From: Felis catus
Taxonomy: Eukaryota
Direction: 5' to 3'
Assembly (NCBI RefSeq): GCF_018350175.1
Contig: NC_058369.1
Span: 25,732,001 to 25,796,000 of the forward strand
Length of the DNA: 64,000 nt
Positions 24,557 through 37,182 of the stretch are shown one piece after another (position 1 is the first letter of the stretch; every line of letters begins with the position of its first letter). The translations under genes were made by a program, and so were the position numbers. The notes beneath the pieces were generated by a model. It was not told the origin of the DNA. It saw nothing but the letters and a program-made list of their open reading frames with translations, and ran no database searches.

Positions 24557-24780
24557 GGGGCAACTGGATGGCTCAGTTGGTTAAGTGTCTGACATCAGCT
24601 CAGGTCATGATGTCACAGTTCATGAGTTCGAGCCCCATGTCGGGTTCTGTGCTGACAGCTCGGAGCCTGGAGCCTGCTTTGGATTCTGTGTCTCCCTCTC
24701 CCTCTGCCTCTCCCATACTCATGCTCTGTCTCTCTTGCTCTCAAAAATAAATAAACATTAAAAATTTTTTTTAAAAAAAA
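24557..24780 (+). mobile_element. Can-SINE
   Basis: TSD aagaataattta / aagaagaattta. Confidence 0.9.
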
Positions 24781-25494
24781 GAAGAATTTACCAACTGAAT
24801 TACTAATAACTCAAAGCTTACTGAGTCTTTTCTTTGGAAGCCTAAAATCTAAAAAGAATTGGATCTATCAGCTGGTAACGACTTCAAGAAGTAATGATTT
24901 TCAATCAATTCCAAGAAGTACTGCAAATCACCAGATACCAAAGAAAAATGAAAGGAGAAAATAATTATCCATAGTTTAAGAAATCTCAAAGACCATCTCC
25001 CACCATAAAGTCTATCCTAATTTCCTTCAATCCCTTTAAATAATCATTGCATTTCTTAGGATAGGTCAGTTTAGTGTCTGCAGTGATCACAGCCACCTTC
25101 TGAGGGAAACTCCTGCCCTATAGCCGTTGCAAAGAAAGCAAGAATAAACCAAAACAGCTACTGTCAGAATAAGCACTAGTGAACACCAGATCCAAAAACA
25201 ACTCTACAGGCCAATCAACTGCCTAGATGTGGCTGGGTGTGAAAATTCTGCCCAAAAGAATACCAGTGCTCAAGTGGGCCTATTCAGACTCTCTTGGGAA
25301 TGTGAAGAAGAGATGAGATTAGGAGCAGCAGGTTAGCTAGTGGCTGATAACAAAAAGAAGAGAAAACAACAGAGTAAATTATGTTAATGTTGGGCTGCTA
25401 ATGTGGGGATCCAAGACTTCCCACTTCTGGAAGAATTCATGAATTCTTCCATTCCCCAGCTGCCGCCCAAAAGCCTAAAAATCTTCCATTTTCA

Positions 25495-25718
25495 GGGGCG
25501 CCTGGGTGGTGCAGTCGGTTAAGCGGCCGACTTCAGCCAGGTCACAATCTCGCGGTCCGGGAGTTCGAGCCCCGCGTCAGGCTCTGGGCTGATGGCTCGG
25601 AGCCTGGAGTCTGTTTCCGATTCTGTGTCTCCCTCTCTCTCTGCCCCTCCCCCGTTCATGCTCTGTCTCTCTGTCCCCAAAAAAATAAAAACGTTGAAAA
25701 AAATTAAAAAAAAAAAAA
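25495..25718 (+). mobile_element. Young feline SINE
   Basis: TSD aaaaatcttccattt. Confidence 0.92.
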
Positions 25719-26792
25719 ATCTTCCATTTCCAGATAAAACATCCATTTCCAGATATCACATTATAAACCATATTAAAGTGGTTTCACATATTTACTTCAC
25801 TGATTTAGTTCTCACAGTAACAGACAAGCCCAGTATCCCCACTGTAGATATAAGAAAACTAAGGTAAGAAAAAAGATGGGGAGAACCAGTATTTTATGAG
25901 TATCTTCCAGAGTTTTTAATTTTCACAACAATTCTGTCAATTCTGCCTATCTTTACAGAAGAAGAGACAAGTTCATAGCAGTTAAAATAACTCTTCTAAA
26001 ATTTACTTGTTTACTAAGTGCCAGAGGTAGGGGCTGAATTTAGGCCTGTCTGATTCCAAAGTACACAAGCCACCATTCTTCACTCCATGCCTAGAAGCGA
26101 TCGTTGTATGCAATCACAGCCCTCTTTCCCCCCTAGCAAGAATGTGGCATATAATCCTTCTCACTCCAGGGCTAAGGGAAGGGTCTAGAGAGCTGGTATA
26201 CTACATGAAAATCATGCACCATTCCTGGATAGAGAATGATACTAAAGCCAATATTTCTCTCTACATACTCTGCTTTATATCCCATATTTTGACCAATCTG
26301 ATTTAACCCCTGTCTCCATAATTCATGAAGGCAAGAATCTGGTCTGTTTTGTTCACAACTCTATCTTTACACCTAGAACAGTCTCTGCTGCATAGTAAAC
26401 ACTAAAAATATATTTCTTCAACCAGTGGATATACCTTCAAATTAGTTCCATCCAACAACCTAGTATTTAATTTGTACTTCTTTTTTATGCATACATAGAT
26501 CTCCCTTGCTTAACCCTGAAACCATTTTGCTCGTTACTTTTAAAGCAGAAATGGCAAACTTATAACCAAGTTAGCCCTATTTTATGAAAATCTCATTACA
26601 TATAAATTATACCAGAGTTATCATACTGGTAAATTTAGTGGTCCATAATAGCTTTATCTTAGATTTTAAACTCAGTTTTATGTGAGTGCCCTTCAGATTT
26701 TTATTTCCTGCAATTAAAATATAAACGCAAAAGCAAATATACATAGTGGTTTCTTAGGACTTTGGTTTCCTATGGTTTAAAACACCATCATG

Positions 26793-27049
26793 GGGCGCCT
26801 GGGTGGCGCAGTCGGTTAAACGTCCGACTTCAGCCAGGTCACGATCTCGCGGTCCGGGAGTTCGAGCCCCGCGTCAGGCTCTGGGCTGATGGCTCAGAGC
26901 CTGGAGCCTGTTTCCGATTCTGTGTCTCCCTCTCTCTCTGCCCCTCCCCCGTTCATGCTCTGTCTCTCTCTGTCCCAAAAATAAATAAACGTTAAAAAAA
27001 AAAATTTTAAGAAATTATCTAGTCTAGCTCCTATTCTAAAAAAAAAAAA
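26793..27049 (+). mobile_element. Young feline SINE with extra 3' sequence
   Basis: TSD taaaacaccatcatg. Confidence 0.93.
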
Positions 27050-27639
27050 TAAAACACCATCATGACAATATAGAAAAAAATGTTGGTATGTTTTACCCAT
27101 ATGTATGAGCACCTTAAATATACATGTGTGTATATATATCTCTGTGTGTGTATGTGTATTTCAGGGGCTTATGTATGCTATATATATATTTAAGTAAACT
27201 AAAAAGATGTAAGAACTACATAACCTATCAAGTGTACCTTTTAGAAACTCTGTACTAGTCAAATATTCTAGAATTTCATTTTAATGTATTCTGTTACGAC
27301 TACCCAGTGTTATATCATATTGGAATAGATATGATATTCAAAAAAAATAATTCATGTTTATATGCTGTAGGTATCCAATGTCTACTATGTACTTAAGATC
27401 AAAATATAGAAAAAAAATTTAATTTTAAAACCTCAATTAAATTCCATAAAAATCAAGAAAAGTAACCATTGCCAACTATCTCAAACTGCACTAATTGCCA
27501 CAGTTACTAGATTATCCTTGTACATACTTTATCTTGTTAAAAAAAAAAAAAAAAGTATAAATATAAGCTTGGGCAATCACTGTTAGTCAGCTCCTGATAA
27601 CTATACAGGCATTAATCAACTGTGGATTGGCCCCAGTAC

Positions 27640-27719
27640 CTGGCGACGCCTCTCTCTTGAAGTTTCCTCTCTCCACAGCTCAAGTCCAGGCATCTCTGTC
27701 CCCCAGACCACTGGCATTC
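27640..27719 (-). other. Candidate 80-nt cassette (poison) exon in DENND6A intron 1
   Basis: Acceptor ctctctgtccccctttgatgcctcccag|, donor CAG|GTACTG, purine-rich body. Confidence 0.35.
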
Positions 27720-28361
27720 CTGGGAGGCATCAAAGGGGGACAGAGAGCATCAGCTAATGTCACCCTGGTTCTGTTACCTATGTTAAGATCTTCCATGTTA
27801 TAAGAAATAAGGGAGAGGTGGCCAGGTAATAAGCCAAGAAAAACATAAATTTTATTTGATATAATTACTAAGGCCTAAAAATGATGGTATAGCATAAATA
27901 TTTCATATCATGATGTAATAGGAAAAATGCACCCCAGAAAAAATATTAATATATATACTGGAAAATAGTATTACAAAATGTTTTAAATCAGGTTATTCTC
28001 TTCAAAGGTATATCTATCTGCCACTTGCCCCTGCACACCCTAATGGGGATGACATTCCCATATCAGTGGGGGAGTAATTATGGTCCCAGGAGAAAGAAAA
28101 TTAGGAACACCAGTTAACTTATTGCTAGTAACACTTGGACATGGGAAAAATTCATGCCTGCCATGAATCTCAGTGATCTGTGAACAGGCGTCTGCCTGTT
28201 GCCATGTCACTCAGTATCTATCTCCATTTCATAATCCTACCTAGCATCTCAGGCCTGGTAGAGATTACATCCTAGGCCATCCCAGGCCTGCCTTGACCTC
28301 CTACATAAACATTAATTCACATACAAACATCACCAAAACCTTAAAAAGAAGATCAATTCTA

Positions 28362-28595
28362 GGGGTGCCTGGGTGCCTCAGTCGGTTGAGCATCCGACTT
28401 CGGCTCAGGTCATGATCTCACAGTCTGTGAGTTCGAGCCCCGCGTCGGGCTCTGTGCTGACAGCTCGGAGCCTGGAGCCTGCTTCTGATCCTGTGTCTCC
28501 CTCTCTCTCTGCCCCGCTGCCACTCATGCTCTGTCTCTCTCACTCTCAAAAATGAATAAATGTTAAAAAAAAAAAATTAAAAAAAAAAAAAAAAA
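28362..28595 (+). mobile_element. Can-SINE
   Basis: TSD aaaaagaagatcaattcta / aaaaagaggatcaattcta. Confidence 0.92.
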
Positions 28596-28633
28596 GAGGA
28601 TCAATTCTAAACTCAGTAAGAATTATGTCTTCA

Positions 28634-28970
28634 GGGGCACCTGGGTGGCTCAGTTGGTTGAGTGTCCGACTTTGGCTCAGGTCATGACCTCACGGTTTGT
28701 GGGTTCAAGCCCCGCATTGGGTTCTGTGCTGACAGCTCAGAGCCTGGAGCCTGCTTCAGATTCTGTGTCTCCCTCTCTCTCTGCCCCTCCCCTGCTCATG
28801 CTCTTTGTCTCTCTGTCAAAAATAAATAAACATTAAAAAAAAAAAAAAAGTTATGTCTTCAGAGGCACCTGCTGGCTCGGATGGTGGAGCATGTAACTCT
28901 TGATCTCGGGGTTGTAAGTATGAGCCCCGCGTTGGGTGCAGAGATTATGTAAAATAAAATCTTTAAAAAA
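28634..28970 (+). mobile_element. Tandem Can-SINEs (28634-28849 and old short type 28862-28970)
   Basis: Target sequence ttatgtcttca present three times. Confidence 0.9.
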
Positions 28971-29144
28971 AATTATGTCTTCAATATTAGACAATAACAT
29001 TTATTCAAAACCGAAATGGAAACTGCTTACAGGCAAAAAACAAGTCTACCTTTTTCATGTAATTTTTAAAAACTGGCTGGAAAATAGTTTAAGATCTATT
29101 AAGTACTATATAATGTCTCCTTTAAAAAGGCCTTTTAATGTGAA

Positions 29145-30275
29145 AAAATAAAGCAATGACACCTCAGTAGCAGTGAGTACACCTAACACCGAGATGTTGA
29201 TTGTTAAATACTATTCTGCAATAAAAAAGAATCAGGGCTTCTTAGGGAGGTAGCTGATTACAGGGCTAGCACAGGAAAAACGCAAGATGAGCATGGGGCA
29301 TCTTGTGATGCCAGAAAGGAAGTGCTCAAAAGAAGGGTGGGGGTGGGGGGGGGCATGTCTAAAAGACATAGGAGCCAACCTAAAAAGGCACCAATGCTCA
29401 AATTTGTAATGATTTGGTTAATAAAGTAAATAATGATAGTACTAGATTATAACCCAAATCATAAGTATCCTTGAGTTCCCATTGATATAGGTAGGTGGAT
29501 GGATGAGCAAGAAGGGACAACTTTTCCTTATAAAAGAATTCTAACTAATAAATACAGAAGGAGTGAGGAAAATGAAAAATCACTATTAGAACACCAGAAT
29601 AATTGCTGCAGGTAAGATACACTTATGGATGCTAAATTAGCAAGCAAAGTATGGAAAACAAGATACTGCACAGTCTCAGTCTCTAACAAAATAAACACTT
29701 ACTTATTAATTACAAAGAGAAAAATAGTAACTTTATAGTGGATTAGCCTAGGAGACATCATCTTAACCAAGTGATCAAGGTTTAAATCACCAATAATGCG
29801 ACATTTTAATTTTAACATCCTGTACTCCCTAATACGATGTACTGAGAAGGATGCGTCATATCTGGGGTATTCTTCCCAGTAATTCATAACCTCAGACTAA
29901 TTATGATAACACACCAGAAAAAAACAAAATTGAAAGGCATACTACAAAATATATGAACAGTATTCTTCCAAAGTATCAAGGACATGAAATACAAGAAAAG
30001 ATTGAGGAACTTCCACAGATTGAAGAGGACTATGGAGATATGATATCTACATGCAACGTAGAAACTGGATTGGATCTTGAAACAGAAAAAGCACATTAGT
30101 AGAAAAACTGGTGAATCCCAATAAACTCTGTGGTCTAGTAAATAGTATCATACCAGTATCTATTCTTGTTTTGGATTATTGTACTGTGTTTATGTAAAAT
30201 GTTAACTTTTGACAAAGCTAAATGAACGACTTTTGTAACTATGTAAGCCAAAAAATGTATCAAAATAAGGTTAAA
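29145..30275 (+). mobile_element. Old L1MC-type 3' UTR
   Basis: aaagcaatgacacctcagtagcagtgagtacacc...gccagaaaggaagtgctcaaaa resembles the L1MC3/4 3' end. Confidence 0.7.
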
Positions 30276-30279
30276 AAAG

Positions 30280-31970
30280 TAACATCTCTACTTCATATCA
30301 TATATAAAAAGTAACCCAAAGTGGACTAAAGACCTAAGTGTAAAAGTTAAAACTACAAGTCTTTTTTTTTTTTAATGTTTACTTATTTTGAAAGTTCACA
30401 GGAGTGGGGGAGTGGCACAGAGGAGGAGAGAATCCAAAGCAGGCTCTACACCTTCAGCTCGACGACATGGGGCTTGATCTAACAAACCATGAGATTATGA
30501 CCTGAGCTGAAACCAAGAGTCAGATGCTTAACCGACTGAGCCACCCAAGCACCCAAAAACTACAAAAGTCTTAGAAGAACACACAGGAATAAATCTTTAT
30601 GACTGTGCATTAGCCAATGGTTTCTCAGATATAACAAAAGCATAAGCAACCAAAGAAACATAAAGTGGACTTCATCAAAATTTAAAACTTTTGTGCTTCA
30701 GGGCACCTGGGTGGCTCAGTCAGTTAAGCATCCAACACTTGATTTTGGCTCAGGTCACAATTTCACAGTTATGAGACTGAGCCCTATAATGGGCTCCGTG
30801 CTGGGCGTGGAGCCTGCTTAAGATTCTTTCTTTCAATCTCTCCCTCTGCCCCTCCCCCTCTCACATGCATGTGCTCTCTCTAAATGAATGAATGAATGAA
30901 TAAAAATAGAGAACTAAAACATAAAAAACAAAACAAAAACTAAAAAACTTTTGTGCTTCAAAGAACACTACCAAGAAAGTGAAGACAACCCACAAAATGG
31001 AAGGAACTACTTGCAAACATGTATCTGATAAGGCTCTAATATACAGACTATATAAAGAATTCTTACAATTCAACAAAAAAGTCAAATAACCCAATTTTTT
31101 AAATGGATAAAGGATCTAATTAGATATTTCTCCAAAAAGATACACAAATGGCCAATAAGCACATAAAAGGCCACTCGACACCGTTAGTCATCAGGGAAAT
31201 GCAAATAAAATTAAAATAAGATACCACCTCAAATCCACTAGGATGGCTGTAATCACAGACAGACAGTAACAAGTGCTTACAAGATATGGAGAAATTAGAA
31301 CCCTCACACATTACTAATGGAAATGTGAAAATACAGTCACCCTGGAAAACAGCTTAGTAGTTTCTCAAAAAAGTAAACATAGAGAGTTACTTTATGACAC
31401 AGCAATTTCACTTCACTCCAAGACAAGTGAAAGCATATGTTCATACAAAAACTTACAAGTGAATATTCATAGCAACATTATTTATAATAGCCAAAACTAG
31501 AAAAAAAATCCAAATTTCCATTGAATGATGAATGGATAAACTAAATGTTATATTTCCATATACTGATATAAAATTCAAAAAATGATAGAAAATTCAGCCA
31601 TAAAAGGAATGAAATACTGATATAAACTACAACATGGATGAACCTTGAAAAAATTATACTAAGTGAAAGAAGCCAGACAAAAAAATGCCATAGGTTGTGA
31701 TTCCATGCATATGAAATGTATAGAATAGGAGAATCCAGAGAGACAGAAAGTAGATTAGTGGTTGCCAGGGTCTGGGGTGGGGGTGGGGGCGGGAGTGGCA
31801 ATAGATCATGACTGAAAGAGGAAGGACATAAGGGAAATTTCTGGGGCAGTGATAATATTTCTATTTCTTGATCTCTATGGTAGTGAATGGTATGCTCACT
31901 TAATGTAAATTCACAGAACTTAGGATTTATATGCTTTCCTACATGTATGTTATACTGCAATAAAAAATGT
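30280..31970 (+). mobile_element. L1MB-type fragment interrupted by SINEs at 30362-30554 (-) and 30701-30943 (+)
   Basis: ORF2 3' and UTR motifs; SINE TSD aaaacttttgtgcttca. Confidence 0.85.
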
Positions 31971-32937
31971 TTACTTATTTTAAAAAGTAGAAAAAATGGC
32001 CTGACATCACAGTATCAGAACAGGATGGACCTAAGTCTAAGATTCCAGCTCATTCAAGACCTAAACTATGCTACTGGAAATGTGATCAGTTTGCCCATGG
32101 AATAGACAGTGAAGCATTTCTCTCTAATAAGAGTAAAGTTAGATACAATTGTTCATGTTTCACATCATTCATCACCAAGTACTTGTGAATGGACTAGATG
32201 GCATGGGAACATCCCAGATAATCTCCATATTGAAATTATACAATTTCATAACAGAACCAGAGCTTAGTAACACTGAAGAAGCCTCTGTAAAATCTGGGAG
32301 CCTAAGCTCAGGAGGCCACTAAAGCTTTAACTCTCAAACCAGAGACCTACTTCAAGCTACTATGAAGTGCTACAAGTTCACAAGGAAATGTACAGGCCAT
32401 TATTGGTACCTGAAAACCATCCTAGTATAACCCTCACTGTTTAATGGCCTACTATCCATGATACACTGTAAGCTAGTTGAGGGAGGGTTGATCAAGGTTT
32501 TATCTCCAGAACACAATGGTGTCTGGATGTGGTAGTTGCCCAATATCTGATGAATAGACAGTTCAATGAGACGGTCTAGCAACATGCAATTAAACGTAAC
32601 ACCCATTTTTATTAAAACAGTAAACTTGCTGAGGATCAAATACTGAGGTTATGGAACACCCAGTTTAAGAGGGAAAGAAAGGAAACAACCCTTCACACAA
32701 CTGCCTTTCACTCTTCTCACAAAAATAAACAAGAAACTTTGCTAGGATAAAGTAAACTATGGTGACTACTTCTGGCTCCACCTTGCTAAGGCATAAAGGG
32801 GAATAACTCAAAAAAGCAGAAGTGAAAAAGAAAGGGGAGTCAATTCTTTCACTGCTTTTAAAAAAAATGACATAGAAGTTCGCCTTCACTCCAGAGCAGA
32901 GCTTTATCTTCAATGTGTTTTTTTAAAAATTTGGTGC

Positions 32938-33438
32938 AGGGTGCACCTGGGTGGCTCAGTCGGCTGAGCGTCCAATTTCAGCTCAGGTCATGATCTCACG
33001 GTTTGTGAGTTCGAGAGTTCGAGCCTCACATCAGGTTTGCTGCTATCAGTGCAGAGCCCACTTCAGATCTTTTGTCCCCCTCTCTCTGACCCACCCCTAT
33101 TTGCACTCTCTCAAAAGTAAATAAACATTTTTTTTAATCTTTAAAAAAAGATTGGGGTTCCTGGGTGGCTCAGTCAGTTGAGCAATTAACTCTTGATTTC
33201 AGTTCAGGTCATGATCTCACAGTTCATGAACTGAAGCCGCACATTGGGCTCTGGACTGATGGTGCAGAGCCTGCTTGGGATTCTGTCTCTCCTCTCTGCC
33301 CCTTCCCAGCTTGTGCTCCCATGCATGCATGCACTCTCTCTCTCTCTCTCTCTCTCAAAATAATAAACTTAATTTACAAAATTAAAAAAAAAAAAAAAAG
33401 AGTTGCATGCTCTTTAACTAAGCCAGCCTGGTGCCCCC
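32938..33438 (+). mobile_element. SINE cluster: two + Can-SINEs (32938-33148, 33154-33398) abutting a remnant of an old - SINE (33399-33438)
   Basis: Direct recognition of SINE heads and tails. Confidence 0.85.
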
Positions 33439-34144
33439 CTACAAAGTGCTTTAAATACTTGTGATACACATCCAAAACCATGAGGTTTTCTTTTTTAAAT
33501 CAATTTAAGGCAAAATAAGAGGTGTGAGAGAACAGCTAAAAACAGTCCTACACTGATTATTGAATATGCAAGGACACTAACTATAAAAAGGGATCAACAT
33601 TTGGGCATGCGTTAAATGACAGGCATTAATTCTTTCATGCATTATCTCTCTTCGTATTTCCAACAACACTCTTGGATATTATTTTTCCACTTAAATTGAA
33701 GAAACTGGCCAAAAATCAGACAACTAGCAGATGTTCAAAACCCCAAAGCTTGTGCTCTTTTCACTAGTTTAAAATTGTCCAGAGAGTTCATAAGTAAAGC
33801 CTTCAAGGGGGGAAAACCACCAAGGATGCCTCAATTCTTATAAAATCAGAAACTAGAGAGCTTGAGGAAGTGACTTCAAATAATAGAAATGCAACTTCCT
33901 AGGACATTCTAGAAGTTCACATGAGTTAAAGGCTCTCAAAAATGCAAAACATCTCTAAGATGTATGTACAGGCAATACGTAGCTTTCTACAGTGTGAAGA
34001 AAAAAGAAACTACTAAATATCCAAATTAAGGAAAATGGTTAAATAAATTATGGTTCATAAAATTGTATTTATGAAGAGTCTTTAATGATCTGGCAAATCG
34101 TTTATGAGAATGTTTATCAATAAAAGCAGACTCTTGCAGTAGAC

Positions 34145-34650
34145 CTGTTGGGGGGACTGCTGTCCAGCCCATGCTTTGGAAATTGTCCCCTCCTCCTTTT
34201 ACAAGGGTGAGCCTAAGTGGTCACTACTGTTACAGAAACCCTGTCTCCTCACACAGCTGACTGAACAAAAGGGAGCATCTGACCCATGCTGAGCCAATCA
34301 GATACTCCGTATTTGTATTAAGCTTCAGTCTGGTTCCAGAATACAAAAGTAGAGTTTGGCCAAAATCAGAACTACAATAGTCCAAAGTCAAGAGAAATGG
34401 GGGAGCAGAAACTGAGACCCTTGCAGGGGAAACCAGCCTCAGCACGGAAAATGGAACAGAATTGCAAAGAGAAGCAGAGACAAAAGACCACACAGCTCCC
34501 AAGAAACAAAGACAAAAAAGCCTAGGGCTTTCCAGATCCCAGGAGGTTCGTTCCCCTTCCAGCAACTGGGTTCCAAGACACTCCTTACAATCATTTTTCT
34601 TAAACTTTTTTGAGAGAGTTTCTGTTCCTAACAAATTAATTCTTGACAGA
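34145..34650 (+). mobile_element. Old ERVL-type LTR (LTR16-like)
   Basis: ctgacccatgctgagccaatcaga and the gtttctgttcct...ttcttgaca end; family uncertain. Confidence 0.45.
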
Positions 34651-35662
34651 TATGAAATTATGTAAAGAAGAAAAAGCATTAACAAAAATGTCAAATATTA
34701 ATAGCACTTGTTTCTCAATATAATTATGAGTGATGCTTCTAGTGTTCATAATTTTCTTTCTTGCCAAGTTTTCAACAATGAGCATATTATTACTCAATCA
34801 GGGAAAAATTCTGAATAAATGAGGCAATTCTGGATTCAGATAATTAAGGCTTTACTACATAATCAGGTAATTTCAGAGCTAGAAGTGATATAAAGTATAT
34901 AAAATCCAGAGGATTTCAAACCTTGTTCCAGAGGACACTGGGATTCTGTGGTGATGTTTCAGGGCCACTTCAAAGGAAAAGGAAGAAGCTGAGCATACCT
35001 CCTATAGTCAACACATTTTACAGTCTCTTTCCAACTTAAAAGATACCCTTCCCTGTTCCCTTTACTTGAGAATAGGACCAAACAGACATTTTACGCAACA
35101 TGGACCACTCCCCTAACCACACAGGTCTTCAGCTCATTGTTTGCCCCAAACCAGGCCTGAGTACATTCCTCTGGTGTGTCTCATTAAAGTGGCTGAAAAG
35201 CACAACTTGTCCACCATAAAGATTATAGAAGCAGAGGATAGAAGTTGCAGGGAGCATTATCCCAAATATGGGAATTTATGAACAAATCCCATAAAACAAG
35301 AGCATAAGTCAGAGGCTTCCCAGTTCCAGGCTCAGCCATTTCATGAAGCCCCACTAGGTTTGTACCTTGGAGACGTTGGAAAATCTGTTGCCTTACAGCA
35401 AGTTCCTTTTCTGCTTGAGCTATAGCTTAGTTTCTGCTGTCTGCAACCAAATATACACAACATAGGCCCCATCTCAACCAAGTCAGCCACTGAGGTCCTA
35501 TATTAGATTTTTATTTATACAGGGAAAAAAGTTTCCCTGCTTTAAAATAAAAGTACTGATTCTACTTCCTCAACTTCATATTACTACTGAGAAAATTAAT
35601 GTTCAAAGGCCTCATGTTTACAATCAAGTTAAGGATTCTCTTCATTGAAAATTAAAAAGGTC

Positions 35663-35868
35663 GGGGGGGATACTTGGGTGGCTCAGTCAGTTAAGCATCA
35701 GACTCTTGCTTTCTGCTGAGGTCATGATCTCACAGTATGTGAGATCAAGCCCTGTGTCAGGTTCTGCATGGTTGGCATGGAGCCTGTTTGGGATTCTCTC
35801 TCTCTCTCCCTCCCTCTCCCCCACTCTCTCTCTGAAAATAAATATAAAAAAAAAAAAAAAAAAAAAAA
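35663..35868 (+). mobile_element. Can-SINE
   Basis: SINE body with a long poly-A. Confidence 0.88.
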
Positions 35869-36622
35869 GGATTTCAATACTTCCCAAATACACACTGACA
35901 TAGGTCTGAGTCATAGGTACTGTTCCAAATGTTTCACCAACATTATCTAATTATCACAGCAATGCCGTGATGCAGATTGTTAACAGAGAAGTGTAAGGCA
36001 AGCTAATATGCCCCAAATCGCAGACTCAAACCTAGGCAGTCCAGCTCTGGAGTCTGAGTCCTTGATTGATGTCCTATATATGTTGTCTCTTTGTTAAGGA
36101 TTTAAGCTTAACTAAGTGGCACTGTTTCTGCATTTGTAAATGGTACTTTCTGTCATGGCACAACAGATTCTTACATCTCTTTCAACTGTACAGTTCAAAG
36201 ATGGTGATGTCACAGGTGGCTTCTAGGACTAAGTTTTTACCTATTCTTTAATTTTTACCTACTCTTTAATTGATTTCCCTTTTGAGTCTTCATGGTTGTG
36301 CATCATAGGAATTAGGGCTGGAGCTACTATATTCACTTCTCCAACATGATTCTACATTCACTTTCTTGTCCTATTTTTGGCCTGGATATGGTCATAATAC
36401 ACAAGTGAACTACATTTCTCAACTATTTCATTATATTCATCACTAATTTGTGTTCCTTTTTCTTCTTTTAAAAGTGGCAAGGTGCAATATTCTACATTTC
36501 TTAGGAAAACAAAACAAAATTAAGTTGTGTTGCAATTCATTTAATGTATTTATCTTTCTTTGGATCCTTTATTAGAGAATCTTCCCCACCCTCATCCTAT
36601 GCCTTCTAAAATCAGTGATTCT

Positions 36623-36845
36623 TGGGGCACCTGGATGGCTCAGTCAGTTAAGCGTCCAATTTTGGCTCTCATCATGATCTTGTGGTTCGTGAGTTTGAGC
36701 TCTGCGTCAGGCTCTGTGCCGACAACTCAAGAGCCTGGAGCCTGTTTCGGATTGTGTGTGTCTCTCTGTCCCTCCCACTCCCCCACTCGCACTGTCTCTC
36801 TCTCTCTCTGTCAAAAATAAATAAACATTAAAAACGTTTTTTTAT
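36623..36845 (+). mobile_element. Can-SINE
   Basis: TSD taaaatcagtgattctt / taaaatgagtgattctt. Confidence 0.9.
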
Positions 36846-36965
36846 AAAATGAGTGATTCTTAATCTGGGGACAATGAAATAGAAGATCTACAGATGACCC
36901 CCAGATAGTCCACAGAAGCATATGCCTAATTTTGTATCAGTAAGCATTTTTGTAATGGAGTTCAT

Positions 36966-37182
36966 ATTTTTTTTAATTTAAAAAAATTTTTTAATGTTCA
37001 TTTATTTTTGATAGAGACAGAGCATGAATGAGGGAGGGTCAGAGAGAGAGCAGAATCTGAAGCAGGCTCCAGACTCCGAGCTGTCAGCACAGAGCCCGAC
37101 ACGGGGCTCAAACCCACAGACTGTGAGATCATGACCTGAGCTGAAGTCAGATGCTTAACCGACTGAGCCACCCAGGCGCCCC
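36966..37182 (-). mobile_element. Can-SINE
   Basis: TSD tggagttcatattttt / tggagttcgtattttt. Confidence 0.9.

Noticed and set aside
34230..34694. 154-aa ORF on the - strand
   Set aside because: Overlaps a probable old LTR; no recognisable protein similarity or phase-compatible splice sites
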